Shown here: positions 27,903-37,389 of the stretch, in pieces
How positions within the stretch are numbered: position 1 is the first letter of the stretch
Layout: each line of letters starts with the position of its first letter
Assembly: GCA_000002435.2 (NCBI GenBank)
Contig: CM018793.1
DNA length: 64,000 bases
Strand: one strand, 5' to 3'
Origin: Giardia intestinalis
Lineage: Eukaryota
Notes under the pieces: model-generated
Told to the model about the DNA's origin: nothing
Seen by the model: only the letters and a program-made list of their open reading frames with translations
Database searches by the model: none
Made by a program: the position numbers and the translations under genes

Positions 27903-30206
27903 TCAGAAGATGGCCTGACAGGTCGCGCAAGCCGCAGAGTGGGCCTGTATCTCGTCGCAAAGCTTCTCGACAAGTGCTATCTGCTTATTGGACAATATAG
28001 ATACAATATCGGACATTGACCAGTAGAAGTTCTGTGTGCCATCGGATTGCACATGCTGCTTGTAGTAGTATGCTTGATCTTCAACTGCTGAGAATATGTG
28101 CGCTAGGCTCACACAGCTGTCTCTACTTCTGAAGCGTTGAGACAGCTTTGTGCGCTTCTGGAGACAGCTACTGAAAGCCGCGTCAAGATCCATTCGGATA
28201 GAAAGCAGATACGCCGTGTCCAAGTTGGGCTGCTTCCAATACTTTTCTAGTGTCTTGTATGAAGCTGCCCCTACTGTGTACTCTCCGGTATCTCTTTTAG
28301 AGCTCAATACTTTAGAGGGTATTATGTGCTTATTAATAATAAGAGAGCACTGCTTGCAATAAATCTTTCCTGTGTAATGACAAAAGAGGAGGCTGGCTTG
28401 TTCTTCTTGGGATGTAGTAGCCAGTGAGCAATCGCAGCCAGCGCACTTATCAGCTTGGAGGCCGCTAATTATCCTTGAGAGATTCGATGGTCTAGAATAG
28501 TCAGTAAGTAAGTATGTGTAGGTGTTGATGTTAATGTTGGGAGCGTTCTCGACACGCAGAAGTGGGGTCACGGAGCTGCTGGTTCCTGCTGCTATCTTAT
28601 CGAATGTGTAATGCTCAACGTTGAATGAGAATGTCTTGTTTGAAAACGCTGGCGCAGATGGAACGACCCCTAGATCTTTGTCCTGCCTCCCCTTATGCTT
28701 GCCTTTTTCCGCCTTTTTGAAGCCATCGCCTTCAGTGACTAAGGCAGCCAAGCGCACCCAGTAATTGACAACACCATCTGTGATAAGCGCCTTTCCGGTA
28801 AAGCTAACCATTTCGCAATCACCCTTTTCAGACAACACGGCCCTCTCTACAGGTACATCTGAGAGGACATCCATCACAAGGCCTTCGGCCTCAATTGTCT
28901 TTGTATCGATCACGGTTTCGATCACAGCGACCCTCTTTGCTATCTTCTTTATCTCGTCCTTTATCGTGGGGCACGTATCGCCGAGCAGACTCCTATTGGC
29001 ATCTGTCAACAGATTAGTCCTCGCAAAAATGGTCTTCACCTCTTCTGCTTCTGGTTTTCGATCATTGACAGAAACTGGTAGGCTTGAGGCTAAGGAGTTG
29101 TCCCCTATTGGGACGAAATCTGAAGCTGGGGATGTAGAGGACGGTTTGGACTCTATGGTTCGTGCCTCCGGCTGCATAGTCTGAGACACAGTTGGCACTG
29201 GTGCTGTTCTAAGAGATGGAGGCTGCGCTACTCTGGTGGCAGCGGCGTCCTTATTCTGCACAGAAGCGATGTTGACAGGGACCCCTGCAATTACCTGAAT
29301 AGAGGAAGATTTGGTCAAGGATTTCAGAAGAGCCGCATCATCAGCCATGGTATCCAATGAAAGAGCTTGTGCCGGTAGGTATCCTGAAGGCTTCGGCGCC
29401 GGGGCAGGAGCAGGAAGCAGCTCTGGCTTCACGGAGTCTGCTGCTGGTTGTGGCTCAGATTTCTGATCCTTCGGATTCTCATCTGGTTGTGATCTCAAAA
29501 CAGAAGGGTCTACTGAGACAGCAAGTGCTGAAGATTGTGCAATGCTTGGGGTGGGCGGAGCCTGCTGAGAAGGTTCTGCGGTGTGGATTGTAGAAGAAGA
29601 CATACTAGAGGGTGCAGTACTCTGCCGAGATGAATCAAGACCGATTTGCTCCTTGTACAATCGCTTGCCATTTATAGCAGCCAGCTGATACTCTGCTAGT
29701 GTCCCGGGGACAACATCTGCAGGGGGGAACATAGCAAGTTGAAACCTCACTCCGGAATCGTGCATACGCATTAAATATTTAATCACCTTGCCTCTCCGCT
29801 TCGCATGGCCCACGACACTCGATTCTGAATACATCTCTGGCATTGTACTTTCACAGAATCCAGTAAATAGACCTATGAATTGATCCTCTGTCAATAGTAG
29901 TCGAGTCAGTGCAAGAATCTTGGCCTGTTCGTTGGCCTGCTGCAGCTCGGGACTGGAAGTAAGTATCGGGAGGATTCTGAATGGATCCTGGAATTTTTGC
30001 TCAATGTACTCACGTATTGATGCCCAAACATACTCTTCCTTGGAGCCCTTGATGAGTATGCACGCAAGCACCTCTGCTAGCCTCTGAGTAACAGGGTCTT
30101 TATCGGTCCAGGTGCTGGCATGCCCTTCTTCACCATAGCGGACATATTCGATGAGAAAATCTAGGGCATCAACGAGGTCTGCCTCCGAGAGATCATGTAC
30201 GGACAT
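27903..30206 (-). CDS. RUN-like N-terminal domain plus C-terminal Rubicon-homology (RH/DUF4206, zinc-binding Cys-rich) domain protein. This is a Rubicon/PLEKHM/DEF8-like architecture.
   Basis: The C-terminal CAGCDCSL..FCHYTGKIYCKQCS..IPSKVL..LLSIRMDL..YYYKQHV..YWSMSDIV..CDEIQAHSAACATCQAIF matches the RH-domain pattern CAGC..CHYCG..FCQSCH..IP..L..IR..L..Y..YSL.DL..H...C..C. The N-terminal ~180 aa resembles a RUN domain. The central region is P/S/A-rich and disordered. Confidence 0.5.
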   Translation of the reverse strand: MSVHDLSEADLVDALDFLIEYVRYGEEGHASTWTDKDPVTQRLAEVLACILIKGSKEEYVWASIREYIEQKFQDPFRILPILTSSPELQQANEQAKILALTRLLLTEDQFIGLFTGFCESTMPEMYSESSVVGHAKRRGKVIKYLMRMHDSGVRFQLAMFPPADVVPGTLAEYQLAAINGKRLYKEQIGLDSSRQSTAPSSMSSSTIHTAEPSQQAPPTPSIAQSSALAVSVDPSVLRSQPDENPKDQKSEPQPAADSVKPELLPAPAPAPKPSGYLPAQALSLDTMADDAALLKSLTKSSSIQVIAGVPVNIASVQNKDAAATRVAQPPSLRTAPVPTVSQTMQPEARTIESKPSSTSPASDFVPIGDNSLASSLPVSVNDRKPEAEEVKTIFARTNLLTDANRSLLGDTCPTIKDEIKKIAKRVAVIETVIDTKTIEAEGLVMDVLSDVPVERAVLSEKGDCEMVSFTGKALITDGVVNYWVRLAALVTEGDGFKKAEKGKHKGRQDKDLGVVPSAPAFSNKTFSFNVEHYTFDKIAAGTSSSVTPLLRVENAPNININTYTYLLTDYSRPSNLSRIISGLQADKCAGCDCSLATTSQEEQASLLFCHYTGKIYCKQCSLIINKHIIPSKVLSSKRDTGEYTVGAASYKTLEKYWKQPNLDTAYLLSIRMDLDAAFSSCLQKRTKLSQRFRSRDSCVSLAHIFSAVEDQAYYYKQHVQSDGTQNFYWSMSDIVSILSNKQIALVEKLCDEIQAHSAACATCQAIF

Positions 30207-30221
30207 GTCAATTTTTTTTGC

Positions 30222-30268
30222 AACAGTGTAATGAACTCAGTGTAATGGACTCAGTGTAATGGACCTGT
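30222..30268. repeat. Intergenic tandem repeat, ~15-nt unit (tcagtgtaatggac/tgaac) x 3, between the stop of 30273-30731 and the start of 27903-30206.
   Basis: cagtgtaatgaactcagtgtaatggactcagtgtaatggac read directly. It is preceded by a T9 run abutting the ATG of the downstream minus-strand gene. Confidence 0.8.
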
Positions 30269-30272
30269 CCGG

Positions 30273-30731
30273 CTACTCATCGGGCGGGTCGACCAGGTTG
30301 ATCTCCCCGTTCAGGAATATCACAAAGATCATGATGCAACACAACATAAGAGTAACCGACATGACTAAGTGCGACACTGTGTTTATAAGCGACCAAGTGA
30401 ATGTTTCAAACTTCTCCTCCAGTGGACATCGTAACCGTCGATACACACGCTGAAACCGGCGGTTGAGGATTACATATACGGTGCCACTGACGACGATGGC
30501 GACTATTGCTAGGATTGAAAGAGCAAAGCTTAGGTATGCAAAGCCCCCCAGACTAGGGGTATAAGGGCTTCGAAACAGGACTAGGAAGAATACAGAGACA
30601 ATGCGCAAAATATTGTAATAGGTACTAAAAGACTTTTGGTTTAGATGGCTGGATAGAGCAATTTTCTCCTCGCAATCTTCTAACACCAATTTGTCAAGCT
30701 CTTCGTGCGAAAGTTCGAGTGGAAAGTACAT
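30273..30731 (-). CDS. Small (152 aa) predicted multi-pass membrane protein, unknown function.
   Basis: Three hydrophobic segments: IVSVFFLVLF, FAYLSFALSILAIVAIVVSGTVYVIL and LVMSVTLMLCCIMIFVIFL. It fills an otherwise gene-free gap on the same strand as its neighbours. Confidence 0.45.
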   Translation of the reverse strand: MYFPLELSHEELDKLVLEDCEEKIALSSHLNQKSFSTYYNILRIVSVFFLVLFRSPYTPSLGGFAYLSFALSILAIVAIVVSGTVYVILNRRFQRVYRRLRCPLEEKFETFTWSLINTVSHLVMSVTLMLCCIMIFVIFLNGEINLVDPPDE

Positions 30732-30950
30732 TGATATTTTTCATCGGGAACCCAAGGAACCTAGGATTGAGTTAGAATTATTTACATTTGCAGTTAGTTA
30801 GTATAGTTAATACTAAGGGTTGGTAGTTAGTAGACATGAAAAGAAAAAAGACCTAAGACATCTGGATGAGAGGCACTGCTTGAAGAGTTAGCCCTTAAAA
30901 CTTTGCTTTGACGATATCGGGGTTTGCTGTCCACAGCTGGACTGATGTCT

Positions 30951-32399
30951 TTATTTTATGAAGTTGCTAGGCTTAGGTAGATTTAAGTGTGAAGCGAGCG
31001 GAACATACATTGGAATGCTGTGAGCATAATCGCTACCGTCGAGGTGCTTGCTGCCATTATCCTCCTCGTCCTCGTCCTCGTCTTCCTCGTCCCCTTCGGG
31101 ATCAGGGTTTAGATCGTGTTCATCCCCATCTTCGTCAGCGTCTAAATACATCCCAAGGCCATCTATCCGATAATCATCAGCGTGGTAACCGCGGGGAGTG
31201 GGATATCTCTGAGACAAGTACATAGAGTACAGCATGGCTATGTCGAGGATGCTGTTCTCAACGGCGACATTCTTGAACCCGCGTGTTTCATAGACATCTG
31301 GGATTGGAAAGTAAGCAGGCGGGAAAACGTAGGATGCATGCGTCCTTGCCTGTATTTCATTGGCCCACTTTTCCAAGCTTCTAATGGAAAACAACTTGCT
31401 GAAGGGAGACTCCTGCTTTATTTTCTCTAGTATTTGATACTGGTCTTGAGGAGGGTACTCAATCCCACTGTCTCTCCCTCTGCGACCGTCGATGTGCATG
31501 AGGAATGCGTTGTGAGTATAGTCACCATCATCACAGAGTAAGTGAGCAGGAACCAGAACCGAATTTGAAACATTTCCGTCCATTGTACTAGCTATTAAGG
31601 AATCTACGTAAGAAAATAGTTCATGGGGCTCGCAGACTGCATAGGAATTGCCTTTAAAGGTGGATTGATGAGGGTTGTTGTAGGATCCGGATATTCCCAG
31701 TGACGACCCAGTGCTTTGAACCGGGAACTCGTCACCACCGAAGACTCCACTGTGGCCGTGGTGTGCCTGTAGGGATGCTGTGCTAGAAATGGATGAAAGC
31801 TCCGGAGACTTAAGCGTGTCTATATAGTCAGATGTATGGATGATTCCCTCCTTGTTCGACACCTTGATCAATGAATAGTTAGATGTGTCGTGCAGCACCT
31901 TCATGTGGCGCTCGTACTTCCTTTTGGAGCCCAAAAGTCGTTGGAGGTGCTTGTATTCTTCTTGTGGAATCTTAGCCTGTAGCTGTGCTGACTGGGCCTT
32001 CGTGTACCGAACGACGAAGAGGGACCAGTCTGTTCCTGAGTTCTGTGCTATTTGGTAGGCAGAACGTACCTCCTCGCTGGACGATAGAAACGGTGTTGTC
32101 GAGGTATTTAAATCTTCATGGGAATACTTTATGCGGACGCGAAAAAACTGTGATTTGAGAAAGCCTGCCTTGGTTTTATCCTGCAAGGCGATCTTTAAGC
32201 TATCCAGTGTTTGGAAATCTTCGGGACTCAGATCAATGTCATAATATGTAGCGTATCTATAGCTTGGCCTGTCAATCGAGGCATCTTGGCGGAGTGAGCA
32301 CAGCTCTATCCGGGTCCGGCGGGTGTACCCGTGCTCTGCGCCACCAAGCGAGTAGTTGTCCATCCGCAGCAGCCTTGCTTTTAATCCACGATTGGACAC
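30951..32399 (-). CDS. Hypothetical 482-aa protein with a poly-acidic (D/E) C-terminal tail.
   Basis: Long ORF with the C-terminal tail DEDGDEHDLNPDPEGDEEDEDEDEEDNG. No recognisable catalytic motif. Confidence 0.5.
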   Translation of the reverse strand: MSNRGLKARLLRMDNYSLGGAEHGYTRRTRIELCSLRQDASIDRPSYRYATYYDIDLSPEDFQTLDSLKIALQDKTKAGFLKSQFFRVRIKYSHEDLNTSTTPFLSSSEEVRSAYQIAQNSGTDWSLFVVRYTKAQSAQLQAKIPQEEYKHLQRLLGSKRKYERHMKVLHDTSNYSLIKVSNKEGIIHTSDYIDTLKSPELSSISSTASLQAHHGHSGVFGGDEFPVQSTGSSLGISGSYNNPHQSTFKGNSYAVCEPHELFSYVDSLIASTMDGNVSNSVLVPAHLLCDDGDYTHNAFLMHIDGRRGRDSGIEYPPQDQYQILEKIKQESPFSKLFSIRSLEKWANEIQARTHASYVFPPAYFPIPDVYETRGFKNVAVENSILDIAMLYSMYLSQRYPTPRGYHADDYRIDGLGMYLDADEDGDEHDLNPDPEGDEEDEDEDEEDNGSKHLDGSDYAHSIPMYVPLASHLNLPKPSNFIK

Positions 32400-32441
32400 A
32401 AAGACACGAAATTTGAAAAAAGGCCCATGTGCAGGCCTAGT

Positions 32442-32858
32442 TTACTTAGGATTGACAGCCGGACCCTCAAGGTCGTACTGGTGCGGTAGCACGGCTGCGA
32501 GTTCCTTGTTCGCACTGATGTCTGCCAAGAGCTGTCGAGTTTCACTCTGAAAAAAGCTATACAGTCTTAGATGCGCAGCAATCTTCAGCAAAGCCTGCTC
32601 GCGCGTATAAGCCTTTTGTTGCAAACACGATAGAGCTGTCTTCGGATCTATTGCATACCGCGTGCATATAGCAGTAGTCAGCTGCATGTCATAGTTGATT
32701 TGCTCTATCTCCTGCAGCAGTCTCTCTAGGCATCCTTTCAAAAAAGATACTGTTCCAACGATTCCATCCATCGCTTGTTGTATGTCGCCATAAGGAGCTT
32801 TGCTCAGCCGAGTAGAGCCTATAGAGGTGGTCTTCTGGCCTGCATTTTCCCCATTCAT
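32442..32858 (-). CDS. Hypothetical small helical protein (138 aa).
   Basis: ORF in a tight gene-dense interval. Its start codon overlaps the stop of the upstream gene (TAATG at 32856-32860). Confidence 0.4.
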   Translation of the reverse strand: MNGENAGQKTTSIGSTRLSKAPYGDIQQAMDGIVGTVSFLKGCLERLLQEIEQINYDMQLTTAICTRYAIDPKTALSCLQQKAYTREQALLKIAAHLRLYSFFQSETRQLLADISANKELAAVLPHQYDLEGPAVNPK

Positions 32859-33418
32859 TATTTTTTGATCCTATTCTGCCGTGGGTCGTTATTATTGTGA
32901 CTGTTATAATATCCTCTGTCACCTCGCTCGCCTCGCCTGAAATCTTTATTATCTCCTCGCCGAAAGTCTCGGCCGTCTCCCCGCCTATTATCTCCCTGCT
33001 TATAGGATCTGTAGCCTCGTTCCCGATGCGGATCATAAATGTTCCCTACCGTTTCGTTGAGCGCAAGAAAGCAACCCTCGACATCTGGCGGACGCATCCG
33101 CTGCCGGCTTGCCCACTGATTAAATGCTGTTCGGAAGTTATGAAGAGAACAAGCAGCACACAAGTGCATGGTGCTATAGGCAGACCACGTATTCTCGTCA
33201 AAGCCGTAGTTGAACGAAGGCGGGCCTGCGTTGCTCTCCGCAAGGGACTTGAGGAGAATAATATCGTTGGACACTACGGGGTTGCTTGCGGGAACAACGC
33301 ACCGCAGTGGGTGATTTAGTATTGCATTGTTGAAGTTAGTCACGTCTGCATCCGCATCTTCGCTGCTCTCTCCAGCATCGTGGATGAACAGCCCGGCGAC
33401 CCCTCTATCATCGGACAT
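32858..33418 (-). CDS. Hypothetical 186-aa protein with a C-terminal RG/RGD-rich tail, a putative RNA-binding-protein-like low-complexity region.
   Basis: C-terminal RERGYRSYKQGDNRRGDGRDFRRGDNKDFRRGERGDRGYY arginine-glycine repeats. N-terminal acidic region. Confidence 0.45.
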   Translation of the reverse strand: MSDDRGVAGLFIHDAGESSEDADADVTNFNNAILNHPLRCVVPASNPVVSNDIILLKSLAESNAGPPSFNYGFDENTWSAYSTMHLCAACSLHNFRTAFNQWASRQRMRPPDVEGCFLALNETVGNIYDPHRERGYRSYKQGDNRRGDGRDFRRGDNKDFRRGERGDRGYYNSHNNNDPRQNRIKK

Positions 33419-34714
33419 TTATTTTTTGTCATGTCACTACCAAACATTGTGACCACTATGTTCCAGCCCACTGGGAGCGTCAACATCACAGCAGCAGCCA
33501 TATTACCTGGTGAGCAGCCTGCAGACGACGGAATTGTCTTTGCTCATAAGTCGAATTTGTACTATTACACAGCCTCTAACAATCAGCCCCAATGTTTGGC
33601 CAGTATGCCAGGACACACCTCAACAATAATAGCCATACTCACATATAGACAATCTCCATCTAACCCCCATAGCATACTCAGCGTGAGCCAATCCGGGGAA
33701 CTGATTCTTTGGAGCTTGACCACGTCCTCGCGGTCGCCAGCAGCAGTGCAATATACCCCTTCTCTCGTTGATGTGGGGAGATTGACAACTAGACCAATAA
33801 CTTGCATAGACGCACACGACAACAACACGATACTTTTGGGCTGTACGTCCTGCATCGTAATCTGTAGGCGTTTCAGCGTTAACACGCATTTTGAGCCAAC
33901 AAATATAGAATTCTGTCATGATCAAACTGGCCAGCTCAAGCTACAGACTGATCTGGCTGATAACCGATCTATGCATGGCAATATAATAACTGCACTGCAC
34001 TTGAAGCCGCTACTACTGCCTGACACTCCTAGCTCATCTCAGCTGGCCCTGTCTGCTGCGAGCGACTCGTTGGTCTATTGTTTTTACATTTCCATGGTTA
34101 ACGTAGTCTACTATGTGGAGGTCGCCTTGAAAAACGGGCAGGACACTTCCTCGAGCCAGGGGAGAGACTACCGACCCCAGGAGCCTCAGCAGCAGAACGC
34201 ACAGCAGGCCCCCGTTCCAATGTCTCATCGTATCATATGGCGCAACGATCACCAGCCAGTAATAGATTCTATTTACTCTACCACCATTGGCAGTACTGAG
34301 TACATTTTCTTCGGTCGTCGGAATGGCAACCTGACCATATTGAGCTTCGATAAAAATGCCCAACAATATAGCCCATTGTATGACGGCCCACTGACCCCCT
34401 CGCTTCTTACTGACTTGGGAACAAATCACATGTTGCAGAATAGGTCCAGTATACGGCTTATCCAGGCGTTTGCAAAGTTCAACACGCTCTGCATTGTCTC
34501 AATGGATTCGACCGTTCTCTTTCTCAACCTAAAGAAGCTTGGCGAGTGCAGTAAGAAGATTTCTAATCTGTCTCTGCTGACCCAATCTGTCGTTAGGCAC
34601 GTTGGAAGGTACATTACTGCGTCTTTTGAGCAGCTGCATTCGGAAGCGGAGGGACCCGTTTTACGCCTCTTTGCTATGGCCCCTACCACCGATACATCTG
34701 TAGTTCTATGTTAA
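33380..34714 (+). CDS. WD40/beta-propeller-like protein (444 aa). The probable true start is the downstream Met at 33431, which avoids a divergent overlap.
   Basis: WD-like units HTSTIIAILTYRQSPSNPHSILSVSQSGELILWSL and HGNIITALHLKP. The first ATG at 33380 overlaps the divergent 32858-33418 gene. Confidence 0.5.
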   Translation: MDEQPGDPSIIGHLFFVMSLPNIVTTMFQPTGSVNITAAAILPGEQPADDGIVFAHKSNLYYYTASNNQPQCLASMPGHTSTIIAILTYRQSPSNPHSILSVSQSGELILWSLTTSSRSPAAVQYTPSLVDVGRLTTRPITCIDAHDNNTILLGCTSCIVICRRFSVNTHFEPTNIEFCHDQTGQLKLQTDLADNRSMHGNIITALHLKPLLLPDTPSSSQLALSAASDSLVYCFYISMVNVVYYVEVALKNGQDTSSSQGRDYRPQEPQQQNAQQAPVPMSHRIIWRNDHQPVIDSIYSTTIGSTEYIFFGRRNGNLTILSFDKNAQQYSPLYDGPLTPSLLTDLGTNHMLQNRSSIRLIQAFAKFNTLCIVSMDSTVLFLNLKKLGECSKKISNLSLLTQSVVRHVGRYITASFEQLHSEAEGPVLRLFAMAPTTDTSVVLC

Positions 34715-34746
34715 GGCTTCGAGGTTTTCAGCGAAATCTTCTATAA

Positions 34747-35952
34747 ATGTCTTCCTTGGCGCGCGTTAACGGGGTCATTATTTTCGCTTCACCCAGGCGC
34801 TTATTTTGCCTTACAAGCTCCCCGCTTGCTGGTACGGCGCGAGAAACCCAGTGGACACTCAAAGAATGGCATCATGGCATCGATTTGGAAGATAGAATGA
34901 TCTTAGAACTTGCTGGGGGAAGAGTGCCAGATAGAATGTCTGTCCTCGCTGTTCTTCTAGATGACAAAAGGGTCCTACTGATATGGATCCCTTCTGGCTG
35001 CCCAGACGAACCTGCGCCTGTTTCCTATTCAGTCACGTCAACTTATAGAAAGGCGTCTGCCGCTGTGATCAGCGACGGAGTTCTTGTTATATCTGATAGG
35101 TTCGGAAGCGTCTACTCGCATAGCCTTACAAGTCTAGAGCTAGATAGATCCAAACACAATGATCTGTCCACCCCCATCAACAAGGCCGTTACTTTTGCTC
35201 TGGCTGAGCCCGTCGCAGGGAGATGCACAACAATAACGTCACTGATCGCAGGACCGGACAGATCTGTTTACTTTAGCGATCGAGATGGAGTGATCGTGGG
35301 ATCTAAGATAGACTCCCTTCACGATATCCGTTGCATATGGAGCACTAAGAACACGTATCTGGAGCAGATACTACCGTGGCATTCGGGTGGTGTCCTTGCA
35401 CTTGGGGACCTTGGCATATTCCATTGTCGGTATTCGCAGGAGAAGCTATCTAGCGAGCCTGTTATATTGAATGACCAGCTGAGCAGTCCGACCGGTTCCA
35501 CTGTTCACATGTGCATGTGCATGTCTCAGCAGGGCACCGCAGTCTTTGCTGCAGTCTTAACGGTAACCACAGCCAAATTTTCGCGAAAGCTCGACATAGT
35601 GAGCCTTACAATCAGTGAGATCACAATCAGTGACGAGAAGATATCTGTCACTGAAATATTCACTTACGACATTGGAGCTTGCCTGGACTGGGAAAGTGAC
35701 ACACTCACTCTTAGGCAGCTTTCACGTAGTAAGATAATGCGCGCATACGATGTGATTCCACTCCGGGGTTCTCTAGGGCCTGTGTCGGGCGATTCCATGC
35801 CACTGTTTTTGGACAACTTGGGCACTCTTTTCTGCACCGGCACTGAGCTGGTGTCGGTCTACCCCAAAACTCTGAGCAATGAAGTCTTAGCCGAATGGGC
35901 GTGCAGTGATCGAGTGGTCATGGAGCACGGGCACCGCCAAGCGAAGCTATAG
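34747..35952 (+). CDS. Second beta-propeller-like protein (401 aa), immediately downstream and co-oriented with 33380-34714. It may be a separate gene or the 3' part of a frameshifted single gene.
   Basis: Repeated hydrophobic/DG/S-x-D strand-like units (VLVISDRFGSVYSHSL, DRDGVIVGSKIDSLHDIRCIWS). An in-frame TAA lies immediately upstream of its ATG. It is 32 nt from the upstream stop and in a different frame. Confidence 0.5.
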   Translation: MSSLARVNGVIIFASPRRLFCLTSSPLAGTARETQWTLKEWHHGIDLEDRMILELAGGRVPDRMSVLAVLLDDKRVLLIWIPSGCPDEPAPVSYSVTSTYRKASAAVISDGVLVISDRFGSVYSHSLTSLELDRSKHNDLSTPINKAVTFALAEPVAGRCTTITSLIAGPDRSVYFSDRDGVIVGSKIDSLHDIRCIWSTKNTYLEQILPWHSGGVLALGDLGIFHCRYSQEKLSSEPVILNDQLSSPTGSTVHMCMCMSQQGTAVFAAVLTVTTAKFSRKLDIVSLTISEITISDEKISVTEIFTYDIGACLDWESDTLTLRQLSRSKIMRAYDVIPLRGSLGPVSGDSMPLFLDNLGTLFCTGTELVSVYPKTLSNEVLAEWACSDRVVMEHGHRQAKL

Positions 35953-35994
35953 ACACACTCATGTTGCGCTGAATGAAGCCTGTTAGAATTAGCT

Positions 35995-36051
35995 TAAAAA
36001 ATAGCGAGAATATTAATTTTATATCCATAAACTTTGCTAAAATTCTTGTAA
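35995..36051 (+). promoter_or_regulatory. AT-rich initiator-like tract immediately 5' of the enolase ATG (Giardia-type minimal promoter).
   Basis: aaaaaatagcgagaatattaattttatatccataaactttgctaaaattcttgtaa directly precedes ATG 36052. Confidence 0.5.
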
Positions 36052-37389
36052 ATGGAGGCTCCGTCTACGATCAAGGCTATCAAGGCCCGCATGATCATCG
36101 ATTCCCGTGGGACCCCCACGACGGAGGTCGAGCTCACCACCCAGCTGGGCGTGTTCCGCGCTGCGTGCCCCTCTGGAGCATCTACAGGGATGCACGAGGC
36201 TCTCGAGCTCCGAGACAAGGACCCGAGCGCCTTCCGGGGCAAGGGGGTTGAGCAGGCTCTCGAGAATATCAGGAAGATCATTGCTCCCGCGCTGATAGGC
36301 ATGCCTGTCCGTGACCAGCGTGCGATAGACGAGAAGCTCCAGGAGCTGGATGGGACCGCGGGTAAGACCTTCAGTATCCTCGGGGCGAATGCTGTGCTGC
36401 CCGTCTCGATGGCTTGCTGCCTTGCCGCAGCACGCGAGGAGCACATCAGCCTTTATCAGTATCTTAACAGGCTTGCCAACAGCAACAGCAGCAACGTAAC
36501 AGGCGCTAGGGATGTGAGGCTTCCGGTTCCCTGCATGAACATCATCAATGGTGGGAAGCACGCTGGCAACAAGCTTGGGCCCCAGGAGTACATGATAGCT
36601 CCCACAAAGGCGAAGAACTTCATGCAGGCCATGCAGATGGGTTGCGAGGTCTACTCAAAGCTTAAGGAGATCCTCAAGGACGAGTTTGGGCTTGCGGCGA
36701 CCGCCGTCGGTGACGAGGGCGGCTTTGCTCCCAACGTTGCTGATCCAGAGGTTCCTCTCAAGTACATCACAAAGGCCATCGACGCGTGCGGGTACAACGG
36801 CCTCATGGGCATCTGCATTGATGCCGCGGCATCGGAGTTCTATTCCAAGAACGAGAACGTCTATGATTTGAACTTCAAGGATCCCGAGAACCCCAACAAG
36901 GTCAGCGGCGCTGAGCTCGCAAACATCTACCTTGGCTGGTGCAGACGCTACCCAATCGTCTCTTTTGAGGACCCGTTCGATGAGGAGGATCATACCACGT
37001 TTGCAAACTTCCTCGCTGCGCTCAGGCAGGAAGGTCTTCCGACACAGGTTGTCGGTGATGACTTGACTGTTTCGCAGGTGTCACACATCCAGAAGGCCGA
37101 AACGTACAAATCTTGTAGCGCCCTGCTCCTCAAGATCAATCAGGTCGGAACTATCACTGGTGCGATTGATGCTGCGAATCTTGCGATGTCTTATGGCTGG
37201 AGCGTCATGGTCTCACATCGCTCTGGTGAAACGGAGGACGTGTTCATTGCCCATCTGGCGACGGCTCTCGGGTGTGGCCAGATCAAGTCTGGCGCTCCGA
37301 GCCGCTCTGAGCGCTGCGCTAAGTACAATGAGCTTCTTCGCATTGAGGATAGCACCAAGATACCTTATGGTTTCGAGGCCTGGAAGTGA
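36052..37389 (+). CDS. ENO: Enolase (2-phospho-D-glycerate hydro-lyase).
   Basis: IKARMIIDSRGTPTTEVEL, ACPSGASTGMHEALELRD, SHRSGETEDVFIAHLA and ELLRIEDS are enolase signature blocks. It carries an N/S-rich insertion, ANSNSSNVTGARDVRL. Confidence 0.97.
   Translation: MEAPSTIKAIKARMIIDSRGTPTTEVELTTQLGVFRAACPSGASTGMHEALELRDKDPSAFRGKGVEQALENIRKIIAPALIGMPVRDQRAIDEKLQELDGTAGKTFSILGANAVLPVSMACCLAAAREEHISLYQYLNRLANSNSSNVTGARDVRLPVPCMNIINGGKHAGNKLGPQEYMIAPTKAKNFMQAMQMGCEVYSKLKEILKDEFGLAATAVGDEGGFAPNVADPEVPLKYITKAIDACGYNGLMGICIDAAASEFYSKNENVYDLNFKDPENPNKVSGAELANIYLGWCRRYPIVSFEDPFDEEDHTTFANFLAALRQEGLPTQVVGDDLTVSQVSHIQKAETYKSCSALLLKINQVGTITGAIDAANLAMSYGWSVMVSHRSGETEDVFIAHLATALGCGQIKSGAPSRSERCAKYNELLRIEDSTKIPYGFEAWK

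Noticed and set aside
35994-36561. Two overlapping minus-strand ORFs (150 and 174 aa) across the enolase 5' region.
   Set aside because: They are antisense to the unambiguous enolase CDS and have Arg/Ala/Ser-rich composition typical of GC-rich antisense frames.
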